A stretch of DNA of 64,000 bases, from the NCBI GenBank assembly GCA_002269645.1, contig NIVC01000089.1, positions 62,001 through 126,000 on the forward strand. The letters are read 5' to 3'. A program made the position numbers and the translations under genes. The notes under the pieces are model-generated. The model was not told the DNA's origin and did not search any database. It saw only the letters and a list, made by a program, of their open reading frames with translations. This stretch comes from Macrostomum lignano. Its lineage: Eukaryota. Of this stretch, positions 24,425 to 36,600 are shown one piece after another; the first letter of the stretch is position 1; each line of letters begins with the position of its first letter.

Positions 24425-25240
24425 GTTTTTGATATAGGCTGTTTTTGATGGAAGCTGTTTTTGATGTAGGCTGTTTTTGATGGAAGCTGTTTTTGATATA
24501 GGCTGTATTTGATGGAAGCTGTTTTTGATATAGGCTGTATTTGATGGAAGCTGTTTTTGATATAGGCTGTTTTTGATGGAAGCTGTTTTTGATATAGGCT
24601 GTTTTTATGGAAGCTGTTTTTGATGTAGGCTGTTTTTGATGGAAGCTGTTTTTGATGTAGGCTGTTTTTGATGGAGGCTGTTTTTGATGGAAGCTGTTTT
24701 TGATATAGGCTGTTTTTGATGGAAGCTGTTTTTGATATAGGCTGTTTTTGATGGAAGCTGTTTTTGATATAGGCTGTTTTTGATGGAAGCTGTTTTTGAT
24801 GTAGCCTGTAGGCTGTTTTGATGGAAGCTGTTTTTGATGTAGTCTGTTTTTGATGGAAGCTGTTTTTGATGTAGGCTGTTTTTGATGGAAGCTGTTTTTG
24901 ATATAGGCTGTTTTTGATGGAAGCTGCTTTTGATATAGGCTGTTTTTGATGGAAGCTGTTTTTGATATAGGCTGTATTTGATGGAAGCTGCTTTTGATAT
25001 AGGCTGTTTTTGATGGAAGCTGTTTTTGATGGAACCTGTTTTTGATGGAAGCTGTTTTTGATATAGGCTGTTTTTGATGGAAGCTGTTTTTGATGGAAGC
25101 TGTTTTTGATGGAAGCTGTTTTTTATATAGGCTGTTTTTGATGGAAGCTGTTTTTTATGGAAGCTGTTTTTTATATAGGCTGTTTTTGATGGAAGCTGTT
25201 TTTGATGAAAGCTGTTTTTGATGGAAGCTTTTTTGATCAA
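24425..25240. repeat. Minisatellite, alternating 16-bp units GCTGTTTTTGATGGAA / GCTGTTTTTGATATAG
   Basis: Starts ~25 bp after the SLC43 stop codon. Confidence 0.95.
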
Positions 25241-25821
25241 TGCTGTTTTTAGTGGGAAGCAGTTTTTGAGAAAAAGCTGCTTCTAGGGGAAGCTATTCTA
25301 CATTTGTTTTAAATATTTTGGAAACCATTTAGAGATATTATTTATGAAGCTTATTTTAAGAGGCTGACTTTTGGAAAGTTGTTAACGCTGTTAGGGACAA
25401 TGCTGTGAGGCTGTCGTGCTGGTCATTTTGAGCGTTCGCACAGGTGCGTGTTTATCACCAAAAATATCAATTCGAGATTTTGTTTGTCTCTAAGAGATCC
25501 CAGAATTTTTTATTTGAAGAATTTCTGCTTTGAGTTTCTGTTTTCAGTCACAACTATTTAATTGTTTTTTGTTAGATTGCTGCAGAGTCACACGGCTGAG
25601 TATGAAAGACTGTTTTCTGTTACTATTTTTTTGCTCCACAGTTCTGTCTCTGAGTCTATGCTTTTTCAATTTTATTCAAAAAACTTCTCACACCCTTTAT
25701 TACGCTCGTATTGCACAAGAATTTAAACTTTTGCACTGGTTTCTTTTAAAGGTTAAATGATAACTTTGTCTCTGCAATTCTCAATAGTGCTATGCGCGGA
25801 TGTGTAGATTGCTCTGAAAGA

Positions 25822-25975
25822 TAGATTAGCAATCCAGTAATACATATTTATTGGTTAGATATATGGATAGATTAGCAATACAGTAATACATATTTATTGG
25901 TTAGATATATGGATAGATTAGCAATCCAGTAATATATATTTATTGATTACATGGATGGATAGATTAGCAATCCAT
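25822..25975. repeat. 46-bp tandem repeat, ~3 copies
   Basis: GATAGATTAGCAATCCAGTAATACATATTTATTGGTTAGATATATG repeated. Confidence 0.85.
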
Positions 25976-27285
25976 TATTAATGTGTTGATTATTGTAACA
26001 AGTGATTTGTTTATAGTTGCCGCGCCTCTGCACAGCTATTTTATCACAGCTTACAAGCAACGATAGTCGCTGTTTGTTTAACGCAGCTGTCACACAAAAC
26101 ACAACTGATAAAAAATCGATCTCTATTTCTCTGAAGTTTGTTTTTTCTCAGTTTTTATTTATTACTCGTAATTAGTAAGTATTTATTCCGCTTAAAACTT
26201 TTCTAGCGCCCTCGCTGTCTGGTTATTTGCAGCCACACTGCAAGTTTGTTTATTTGCAGCATATATTTTTATTATACTGGAAGAACAAAGCTTACCCTGC
26301 GCTTTTTATTGGCCATTTTATTTCTACTGTTGTGCCCTGTTTAGTCACAACATCATAAATTATTTTGCCATTGCTTCTGTGCACTGCTTGTGTTTGTGAT
26401 TTTTAATGATTTTGTTTATCTTATAATATTTTGCAAGTCCGCTAATCCAATATTAATATATACTACTCGATTCTCCTATTGATATAGTAGTATAAGGCGT
26501 TTAACATTGTCCTTCTGTTTTTAAAACGTTCAATTAGCGTTCAGCTTACCTTAATCGGTATTCATTAAATCTATATTGATTAAAATAATTTCGCGTTGTT
26601 TTTTCATGATTTGCTCCTTTGTTGTCTGTTTAAAACAGTTCTCTGAGTACTACTTGATTAATTAATACAAATTGGTTATACGAGCTAATAGTGTTTGGCT
26701 AAACAGAATTAAAAGCTCGTCATATTATTCTTTTTAATTTAAGTAGATTCTACTAATCAGAATACAGTCACTCCGATGCTTTCTAGATTATAGAAAATAT
26801 TTGTTCCTTTCTACTGTAAGTACGTAAGTTTGCGCTTTTTAGCACTCTTGGATTCGTTGTTTGAGAGTTTTCAATTTAGACTACTGAGAAAAGTAGACAT
26901 ATAAAGATTCTAACCGTAAAATCTGTCACATAGCCTGAAAAATGTCGTCAGAAAAGAAACGACTGTGCACACAGAGTTGTGACAGCGTGTGTGACTATTG
27001 CTGACTGACGCAGGCGAACAGAAACCGGCCTGGACTTAGTCCCTCTCTGGGCAACTAGCTAACTACCATCAAGTCACTCTACTGCTAGTAGAAATGTCAA
27101 CAAATTCAGTGGATATTTTTCGCAAATTAAAAAAATCGCAACTAATAAAATTTGCCTGCATGCTTGTCGCTGCCGCACGACTCCGCGTTTAAGTCCGAAC
27201 GAAGCCCGCCGGTTGGACAGCCGCTGCCACCTCCGTTGCAATTCTCGTTCGATCGTTCAGCTCTATTAGCAGCCGTTTGACAGGC

Positions 27286-29721
27286 ATGAATCTGGCAGAT
27301 GCTGTGGCCCAGCTGGAGGAATTCTGTCCCAGTCGGCTGGCTGAGGACTGGGACAATGCGGGCCTGCTCATTGAGCCCAGAGAGTTCGCGCTGGTGAGAT
27401 AAAAGCCAGGCTCTGCTGTCCTGATCGGGCTAGGCTTAGGGCTATTGATTCACAAATTGACTGCAGTCCCTCCCTAACAATAGCACTAATCCTGGGTCCA
27501 AATTGGCATCTTAGGGTCTAAATTCAGGATGCCTATAACAAAATCCAGTCTAAGCCACAGATGCTAGAATAACTGGATGGGCCACTCAGCACATTTGCGT
27601 GCAAGCTACTTTCAGTAGTTTCAAGTACAAGTAGTACGAGCTAAGTTAAACTGAAGCATTCTAATGGAGTTTTAAAGACAAGGCTTATTTATTGGCTCTT
27701 TTAACCCCCCCCCCTCCGACGCTTAAACCCTCAAACTCTCCACAGATCGAACCACCCCGCCCCGCCACCCAATTTTTATTAACTTCCACGGTTGTTCCAG
27801 CCGAAAGCTGCCATGTACATTTCAGCGGACTGGCCAATGTACATTATTCCTGATTGAAACGAAAGAACGATGAAATAATTTAACCCTAACCACTGACGCC
27901 TCTACCTTAAATATTTTTAAACGATAGATTTATATTTAAAAAGGGAATAAGGGAATAAAGGAAAGAGAAGATAAGATTTGATGACAGAACACAGGAAGAG
28001 TGAATTAAAGGGAGAGAGTAGAGAAAAGAAAGAGAGAATAGAAGCGAGAAAAGAGATTGGGAGTTGAGAGGGAGAGAGGAGACAGGTGATGGTAGAGAGG
28101 AGAGAGAAAGAGAAGAGATGAGAAGGAGAGGGTAGAGAGTATGGGAGATATGGGACGTGAGAGCAGAAAGGAGAAAGAAAAGGAAAGACAGAACAGGGTA
28201 GAGAAAAAACAATAGATAAGAGAGCTTAGAGATAAGAGGAGAGATAAAGAGAAGAGAGAGGAGGGAAAGAGACGAGAGAAGAGAGAAGCGAGTGGAAAAG
28301 GAAGAGAGGAGCGATGAAATGAGAGATTAGAGATGAGAGAGAAAAGAGAGAGGAGACAGGTGACAGTCTCAGTCTGGACAATGCCATCAATTTTGCAAAC
28401 AGGAAACACAATTTATGGTATTTGAGAGGCTTTAGAGAAGATTTGGGAGATGGGATTCGGGTCATGGGGATTCAGCTGATGGATTTCAGGGGATAAAATT
28501 CTGGTGATGGGAGTTCTATCCCCTTTCTCCTCCAACGGAGGAGTTGGCCTCGTATTCTAATATCTGTGGGCCTTACCCTACTAAATTCTAATTGCGATTC
28601 CTTAACATGGTAAATAAACCAACTGACCTTGCAATGACCTTATTGCACAGGGCAAGAAGCTGGTGAGCTCAGTTGTGCTCACCAATGATCTCACGTCGCG
28701 CGTCTACGAGGAGGCGCGAAGCCTCCAAGCCGACCTCATCGTCGCCTACCACCCGCCGCTGTTCCGGCCGCTCCGGCGGGCGCTCGCCTCCTCGCCTGAC
28801 TGGCCGCAGCGCCTGTTGGCCGCCGCGTTCGCCGACGGTGTCGCAGTCTATTCGCCGCACACCGCCTGGGACGCCAGGCCGGACGGCCTCAACGACTGGC
28901 TGCTGGCCGGCCCGTTCGGCCGCTGGCTGGAGACCAACAAGTCGGCGCCTGTGACTCCGTGCAAAGACACGCCCGGCGCCGGCGCTGGTCGATGGGCGCC
29001 GATTAGCAATCCGATGTCGATCGAGGAGGCGGTCGAGTCCGTTAAAAAGCACCTGGGCTTGGCGAATTTGCAGGCCAGTGCCTTAATTGCTGCTTGTTTC
29101 TTGTCTGACTACTGACAGTAGGCTTTGTGGGTAACAATTAAGACTGTTCTGTAGCATTGTCAGCTGCTGATGATGCCTGCTGTAGCATTGTCAGGTGCTG
29201 ATGATGCCTGCTGTAGCATTGTCAGCTGCTGATGATAACTGCTGTAGCATTGTCAGGTGCTGATGATGCCTGCTGTAGCATTGTCAGCTGCTGATGATAA
29301 CTGCTATAGCATTGTCAGGTGCTAATGACCAGTTTAAGTATATGTAGGACGGTACGGTACCAACGTAAAGGCATTACGTATATATGACTAATGCTTTTGT
29401 AACCCATTTTCCTTCCAGGTGGTGAGGCCGCTCTCAAGCGGACAGCAGCACCAGCTGATCAGAGGCGTCGCCGTATGCGCCGGCTCGGGGGCCTCTCTTC
29501 TACGCAACATCGGCGACAAGTGCGACCTGCTGCTCACTGGAGAGATGTCGCACCACGAGCTGCTGTGGCACGCCGACCAAGGCCGGTCGGTGATCGTCAC
29601 GGGCCATTCAAACTGCGAGCGACCCTACCTGCCCGTAGCGGCTGCGGCCCTGGCCAAGCGCATGCCGTCGCTGGTTTTTCACGTCTCCAAAACTGATAAA
29701 GACCCATTGGAATTTGCTTGA
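27286..29721 (+). CDS. NIF3L1: NIF3-like protein 1 (277 aa, 3 exons)
   Basis: Exons 27286-27393, 28651-29073 and 29419-29721. Motifs LAEDWDNAGLLIEP, VLTNDLT, LIVAYHPPLFRPL, VYSPHTAWDA..GLNDWL, VAVCAGSGAS, LLLTGEMSHHE, GHSNCERPYL, SKTDKDPL. Intron 2 requires a GC donor. Confidence 0.93.
27556..28568. mobile_element. Degenerate member of the CACAGAT..-TIR family in NIF3L1 intron 1, containing a long GA-rich tract
   Basis: Ends CACAGATGCTAGAATAACTGGATG and (rc) CACAGATATTAGAATA resemble the 15173-15784 TIR; no convincing TSD. Confidence 0.5.
29145..29325. repeat. 31-bp minisatellite (TAGCATTGTCAGCTGCTGATGATGCCTGCTG), ~6 copies, NIF3L1 intron 2
   Basis: Tandem units read directly. Confidence 0.9.
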
Positions 29722-29823
29722 ACAATTTCAATTTCGATAGCAAAATTCTTGGCTTGTCTACTTTTAGTAGGCTGGCAATGCAATGCTTATTTCTGGTTTT
29801 CGGTTTTACTATTTGCGAGTTTT

Positions 29824-29829
29824 AATAAA
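29824..29829 (+). terminator. Candidate polyadenylation signal of NIF3L1
   Basis: AATAAA ~100 nt after the stop codon. Confidence 0.5.
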
Positions 29830-30654
29830 GTGCATTGTGTACTTCTCATAGCCAATTAAAACAATACTATCGGCAACAAGCTCATCTTTCATGTTTAAGT
29901 CATCGAATACAGCAAGGCACCGATGAGCAAAGCCGAAAAGGCATTCTATAAAGCATGTGGCGCAGATTATATTTTGTTTGGCTGCAAATGAACATCATAT
30001 ATGCAAATCGCAGTTATACACGGATTGGTCGGTGGGAAAAACTTTATACAGTACAATTATACAATACAAATTCCTATTTACCTACTTGCTTCACTACTTG
30101 AGCAGTAGTAAAATAGGCATTTCATTGTAGTATATTATTATAGTAAACAATGTAAATAAAATATGGTCGAAGGCATGGAATTCAGTACGGCTGTTTTGGC
30201 GATTGACGGTGTCCGACTGGCACGCTGAGCGACAGTAGAATTTGGGAGAAAATTGATTGACAAAAAGGTGAACGCGTGCGAGTCCATGAAAAAAACCTTT
30301 CAGGGAAACGCAAGACAAATAAAAGTGATTTACAAAATTCTGGGAACCGTTGAGCGGGCGCGATATTCGATCTGTTTGGCTTTGGGCAGTGGGGCTGGTA
30401 TGCACAAATCCGTATTGAACATTGGTGAGCTAAACAAACAAATATGTACAAGTACGAACAGTGCTACTTCTACTACTGATAGGTGCAGTAGCGTGATGAG
30501 CGCATTACTTCGCTAAAAATAGAGAAAAAACAGTGGCTTTTCCGATTCAATTAATAACTATGAAAAATGAATAAGCATCAGTGCAGCTAGATTAGCAATC
30601 CAAGTCCTTGAAGTTAATGAAACGGTATTGAAATGGCGCGCAAAAATGTCTGAA

Positions 30655-33600
30655 TCACCGATTCTTGGTCAGCACGCGCTGCTTGAAGCCGCCACCGTTC
30701 CCGCTGCTGCCATTATTGTTGTTGTTGTTGTTGTTGACGCTGGCTGAGGAGGCCGACCGGCTGGCGGGATTTCGCCGCGACTCCTCTTCGGCGATCTCCT
30801 GGAAGGCGCGAGTCTTATTGTGATCCAGCTCCGTGTAGTTGAGCTGGGCAAGCATCATCTGCTGCTGCTGTAACATGGAGGACGACGCGGCAGCCGAGGT
30901 TCCGGCAATGGAGGCGGCACCGGCGGGCACCGCAAGCTGCGGTACGGCCGCAACGGGATACAGCGGGTCCGGCTGCTGGTGGTGCTGCAGCTGGGCGTAC
31001 TGCAGCCGGGGCGGCGGCTCCTCCGGGTACGCAGCAACGGCAGCCGGTCGGAGGTTCACGTAGTCCCGGAGCGGATTGTAGACTGGCGGCTGCGGCTGCG
31101 GCGGCTGCTGTTGGTAGGACATCGACGGGAATGGAGGCTGCGGGGCGAGCGAGATGCCGTTCTGTGAGATTAAAATATCAGTCCCAGTGCAGATGGGCTT
31201 GACTCTGACAGACAATCCTAAACACTCACAGACTACCCTAAACACTCACAGACTACCCTAAACACTCACAGACTACCCTAAACACTCACAGACTGCCCGA
31301 AACACTCACAGACTACCCTAAACACTCACAGACTGCCCGAAACACTCACAGACTACCCTAAACACTCACAGACTATCCTAAACACTGACAGACTACCCTA
31401 AACACTCACAGACTATCCTAAACACTCCCAGACTATCCTAAACACTCAGACTACCCTAAACACTCAGACTATCCAATACACTCACAGAAATCCTAAGCAC
31501 CAACACGGAGATTCACACGACACTGACAAACGCGTCGTCAAGCTCACCTGCGCCATCGGTCCCAATCCCTGGGTGGGTGAGGCAGCCGTATCAGAGGACG
31601 AAGAGATCAGCCGCTCTCTGCTGATGTACTCTTTGCCGTGGCGCGGCTTTCTCTGGGCCAGCGTGCTGAAGCCGTCCACGCCGACGCCGGCAGACTGGGG
31701 CACAGGACGCGTCCGCATTGTCGGCGAGCGGAGCTCCGCGGCGGCCACGGCGGCATCGCTCTCTGCGGCAGCGTGATCCTCAGACTGGGATCGGTTCAGG
31801 TTCAGAGGCACCGGACGTTGTTTATACCGCTGAGGTCTCTGCTGCTCCTGCGGCTGCATTACCGGAAACTGAGCCGATGGCGAAGGCCCGAGTTGCGGAC
31901 TGGATGGCGGGGAGTCGACAGCCACTTCGTCGTACTGGTTCTCCGGCGAGGACTGGTCCGACTGGAGTGCGTGGGCGGTGGCATTGGAATCGGCTTACAG
32001 ATGGATAAGGCCATCAATAAGGGCGCCTGATATGAAAGGCTGTCATTCTCCGCTCTCTTCAGCCACCTGATATGTCACTCCACTCTCGCTCGTATTGCCC
32101 GCTCTATCACTCTTCCATGCCTTCCGATCTGTCACTCTTCCATGCTTTCCGATCTGTCACTCTTCCATGCCTTCCGATCTGTCACTCTTCCATGCTTTCC
32201 GATCTGTCACTCTTCCATGCCTTCCGTTCTGTCACTCTCCCATGCCTTCCGTTCTGTCACTCTCCCATGCCTTCCGTTCTGTCACTCTCCCATGCCTTCC
32301 GTTCTGTCACTCTCCCATGCCTTCCGTTCTGTCACTCTCCCATGCCTTCCGTTCTGTCACTCTCCCATGCCCTCCGCTCTATCACTCTTCCATGCCTTCC
32401 GATCTGTCACTCTTCCATGCCTTCCGTTCTGTCACTCTCCCATGCCTTCCGTTCTGTCACTCTCCCATGCCTTCCGCTCTGTCACTCTTCCATGCCCTCC
32501 GTTCTGTCACTCTCCCATGCCCTCCGCTCTGTCACTATCCCATGCCCTCCGCTCTGTCACTATCCCATGCCCTCCGCTCTGTCACTCTCCCATTCCCTCC
32601 GTTCTGTCACTCTTCCATGCCCTCCGCTGTCACAGTGCCAACCAGCTCAGCTCACCAATCCGGCGCTGTCAAAATCGCTGCTCCGCTCAGACCTGCACCG
32701 TCTAATCGTGTCGCAGCCCACAGGCCCGGCAGCCGGACTAGACGACATCTGCACGTAGCTGTCGGAGGAGCGTACAGCGGAGGCGCCGGCGGCAGCGGCC
32801 GAACTGTACGGGAGAACCTCGGACATGCTTAAATAGCTTGTCCGGTCGCGCAGATTGCAATAGTCGTGATTGTCAGCGGCGGCGGCGCTAGCGCTGGCCG
32901 ACCCAGCTGCGCCACTTGACGGCAAGGCGGCGACAGAGTCCACTTGGTCATGGTGGTTTAAATTGTCGGCAACTGCGGCGGCGGCGGCGGCGGCGGCGGC
33001 AGCAGCGGTGGCGGCAACTACCGACGGCGAAGACGGCTCAAAACTGAACTGAGTCGGCTCAGCTTCGTCGAACTCTGCGTCTGTTGTCGATCGCAGCTGC
33101 TGCTGCTGAAGAAGTCGGAAGCCGATCGGATCCTGTCTCTGCTGAAGCAGCATCTGCTGTCTGAGCTGGCGCTGCTGCATGTGGTACATGTTGTGACTGC
33201 GCCCATCCGTGCCAGTTAAAGGATGCGACATCGACAACGAAGTGGAGCCCGAATACACAGTCGAATAGGTCACTGCGGACGACTGCGGCAGCGCGTACGG
33301 CTTCGGCTGCTGGCCGCCGGGCGGATGCGTGGGCGGAGAGGCTGTTGGATTAGAAAGGGAGGATTAGCGATAGCGGTTAACATGGATAAGGGCGGAGTTT
33401 GAAACGGATTAAGCAGTAGGGATCGCTAAGGGAGCTAAGGGATCGGATTCTTGGCTAAGGAGATTGGGATTCGTAGCCTGGGGATACCCAGCTGTGGAAA
33501 TGGGATCCTCAGCTGTGGGATTGAGATCCTCAGCTGTGGGATTGGGATCCTCAGCTGTGGGATTGGGATCCTCAGCTGTGGGATTGGGATCCTCAACTGT

Positions 33601-36600
33601 GGGATTGGGATCCTCAGCTGTGGGATTGGGATCCTCAACTGTGGGATTGGGATCCTCAGCTGTGGAATTGAGATCCTCAGCTGTGGGATTGGGATCCTCA
33701 GCTGTGGGATTGGGATCCTCAGCTGTGGGATTGGGATCCTCAGCTGTGGGATTGGGATCCTAAGCTGTGGGATTGGGATCCTCAGCTGTGGGATTGGGAT
33801 CCTCAGCTGTAAGATTGTAATCCTCAGCTGTGGGATTGAGATCCTCAGCTGTGGAATTGAGATCCTTAGCTGTGGAATTGAGATCCTCAGCTGTGGGATT
33901 GAGATCCTCAGCTGTGGGATTGGGATCCTCAGCTGTGGGATTGGGATCCTCAGCTGTGGGATTGGGATCCCCAGCTGTGGGATTGGGATCCTCAACTGTG
34001 GGATTGGGATCCCCAGCTGTGGGATTGGAATCAACAGCTGTGGGATTGGAATCAACAGCTGTGGGATTGGGATCCTCAGCTGTGGGATTGGGATCCTCAG
34101 CTGTGGGATTGGGATCCTCAGCTGTGGGATTGGGATCCTCAGCTGTGGGATTGTGATCCTCAGCTGTGGGATTGGGATCCTCAGCTGTGGAATTGGGATG
34201 CTCAGCTGTGGGATTGTGATCCTCAGCTGTGGGATTGGGATCCCCAGCTGTGGGATTGGGATCCTCAACTGTGGGATTGGGATCCCCAGCTGTGGGATTG
34301 GAATCAACAGCTGTGGGATTGGGATCCCCAGCTGTGGGATTGGGATCCTCAACTGTGGGATTGGGATCCCCAGCTGTGGAATTGGGATCCTCAGCTGTGG
34401 GATTGGGATCCCCAGCTATAAATGGGAGTTATAAGTTAACACGCCAGCATACTGGAATTAACATAAAAATTGCTCTAATGCCATAGTGGACGTTTATTTG
34501 AAGTCATAAAAAAGTAACCAGCAATAAAACTCTGAGCTGGGAAACATTTCTATAAACCCCCCCCCCCTCATAGCCAGAGACATTCTCATTTGCCCATGGT
34601 AATAAGCTGTAGGAAAATATTAGCACGGTTATAAAACTTATTAAACTAACTTACAGAGCGCACACTGTAAGTTTATGGCTCCTGATCCCCTATTTTATTA
34701 CCCGGGAAGTGAATTAAAATTGCTAAAAAAACTATTCATACTACTACTAGTCTACCCTAGAAAGTCTCTCCAGAAATTCTAAGCCGCCCCTCGACTGGAA
34801 TTCCAGGGCCTGCCCCGGGCGAGCATCAGCTGACTGAGCAGAATTGCTCAGGGCGGTCAAAGTGTAAGAGAGAGTAGAATCTTTATAGCAGAAAAATATA
34901 TGGAAATTTAAGCATTTCAGCCAGCACTCTTCTCTGCCCTCACCCACCTTCTTTCTCCCCCCCCCCCTACTGTAACAGCAACTCACAATTAATTAGCAAA
35001 ACTCGCACAGCCGTGCGCTACTCCTGATATACCAGCGTCAAAGGTAAATAAAAGCCAAAAGAAACAGTTGCCAGTTTTAAGTTGAAGCAAGAATAAGACA
35101 GCGCAAGAAAACTCGTCTCTCTATTCATTCTTCATTCTTTTTGAGATCAAAACAAAAAATTCCACGCTGCTGCCTGGAATACGGGCGCAGCTGGGTTTGC
35201 TATAATAATATTGTGCTCTTAAATTGGACAGTAGAGAGAATTGGTGACCTAAGTCCCCCCCCCCCCCCGGCTGATCCAGGGCACCCATCACCTGCAATAT
35301 GAACCTGTACCTCCCTATAACAAATTCTCGTGTAAAGTTTACACAAATAAATAAATAAACAAAAAAAACACAAAAACGCCTTACTTACCGGACAGCAGCG
35401 GCTTGTTGTGACAGGCGGCGTGCATGCAGTTGTAGATTTGCTCCGCCTGCTCCGACTCGAACTGGTGCACACCGCTGCCTGCAGGGTGCATCGGGGAGTT
35501 CAGCGACTGCCAGATACACTCAGTGGAATCTCACTCATTCCCTCAGACTCTCAGAGTGGAATCTCACTCATTCCCTCATCAGACTCTCACACCCTGAGTG
35601 GAATCTCACTCATTCCCCCATCAGACTCTCACAGTTAGAGTGGAATCTCACTCATTCCCTCATCAGACTCTCACAGTCAGAGTGGAATCTCACTCATTCC
35701 CTCATCAGACTCTCACAGTCAGAGTGGAATCTCACTCATTCCCTCATCAGACTCTCACAGTCAGAGTGGAATCTCACTCATTCCCTCATCAGACTCTCAC
35801 ACCCTGAGTGGAATCTCACTCATTCCCTCATCAGACTCTCACACCCTGAGTGGAATCTCACTCATTCCCCCATCAGACTCTCACAGTTAGAGTGGAATCT
35901 CACTCATTCTCTCAGACTCTCACAGTCAGAGTGGAATCTCACTCATTCCCTCATCAGACTCTCACACCCTGAGTGGAATCTCACTCATTCCCCCATCAGA
36001 CTCTCACAGTTAGAGTGGAATCTCACTCATTCTCTCAGACTCTCACAGTCAGAGTGGAATCTCACTCATTCCCTCATCAGACTCTCACACCCTGAGTGGA
36101 ATCTCACTCATTCCCCCATCAGACTCTCACAGTTAGAGTGGAATCTCACTCATTCTCTCATCAGACTCTCACAGCCAGAGTGGAATCTCACTCATTCCCC
36201 CATCAGACTCTCACAGTTAGACTGGAATCTCACTCATTCTCTCAGACTCTCACAGTCAGAGTGGAATCTCACTCATTCCCTCATCAGACTCTCACAGCCA
36301 GAGTGGAATCTCACTCATTCCCTCATCAGACTCTCACAACCAGAGTGGAATCTCACTCATTCCCTCATCAGACTCTCACAGTCAGAGTGGAATCTCACTC
36401 ATTCCCTCATCAGACTCTCACAGCCAGAGTGGAATCACACTCATTCCCTCATCAGACTCTCACAGCCAGAGTGGAATCTCACTCATTCCCTCATCAGACT
36501 CTCACAGCCAGAGTGGAATCTCACTCATTCCCTCATCAGACTCTCACAGCCAGAGTGGAATCTCACTCATTCCCTCATCAGACTCTCACAGCCAGAGTGG

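Noticed and set aside
30094-30516. Short ORFs between NIF3L1 and the Dok-like stop
   Set aside because: No homology or splice logic; most likely convergent 3'UTR sequence.
33435-34434. 300+ aa IPQLR / GIGILSC ORFs
   Set aside because: 21-bp intronic satellite.
34747-34890. Possible extra Dok-like exon (DSTLSYTLTALSNSAQ...)
   Set aside because: The acceptor fits phase 1, but the only good donor is phase 0 and would frameshift the next exon; no motif support.
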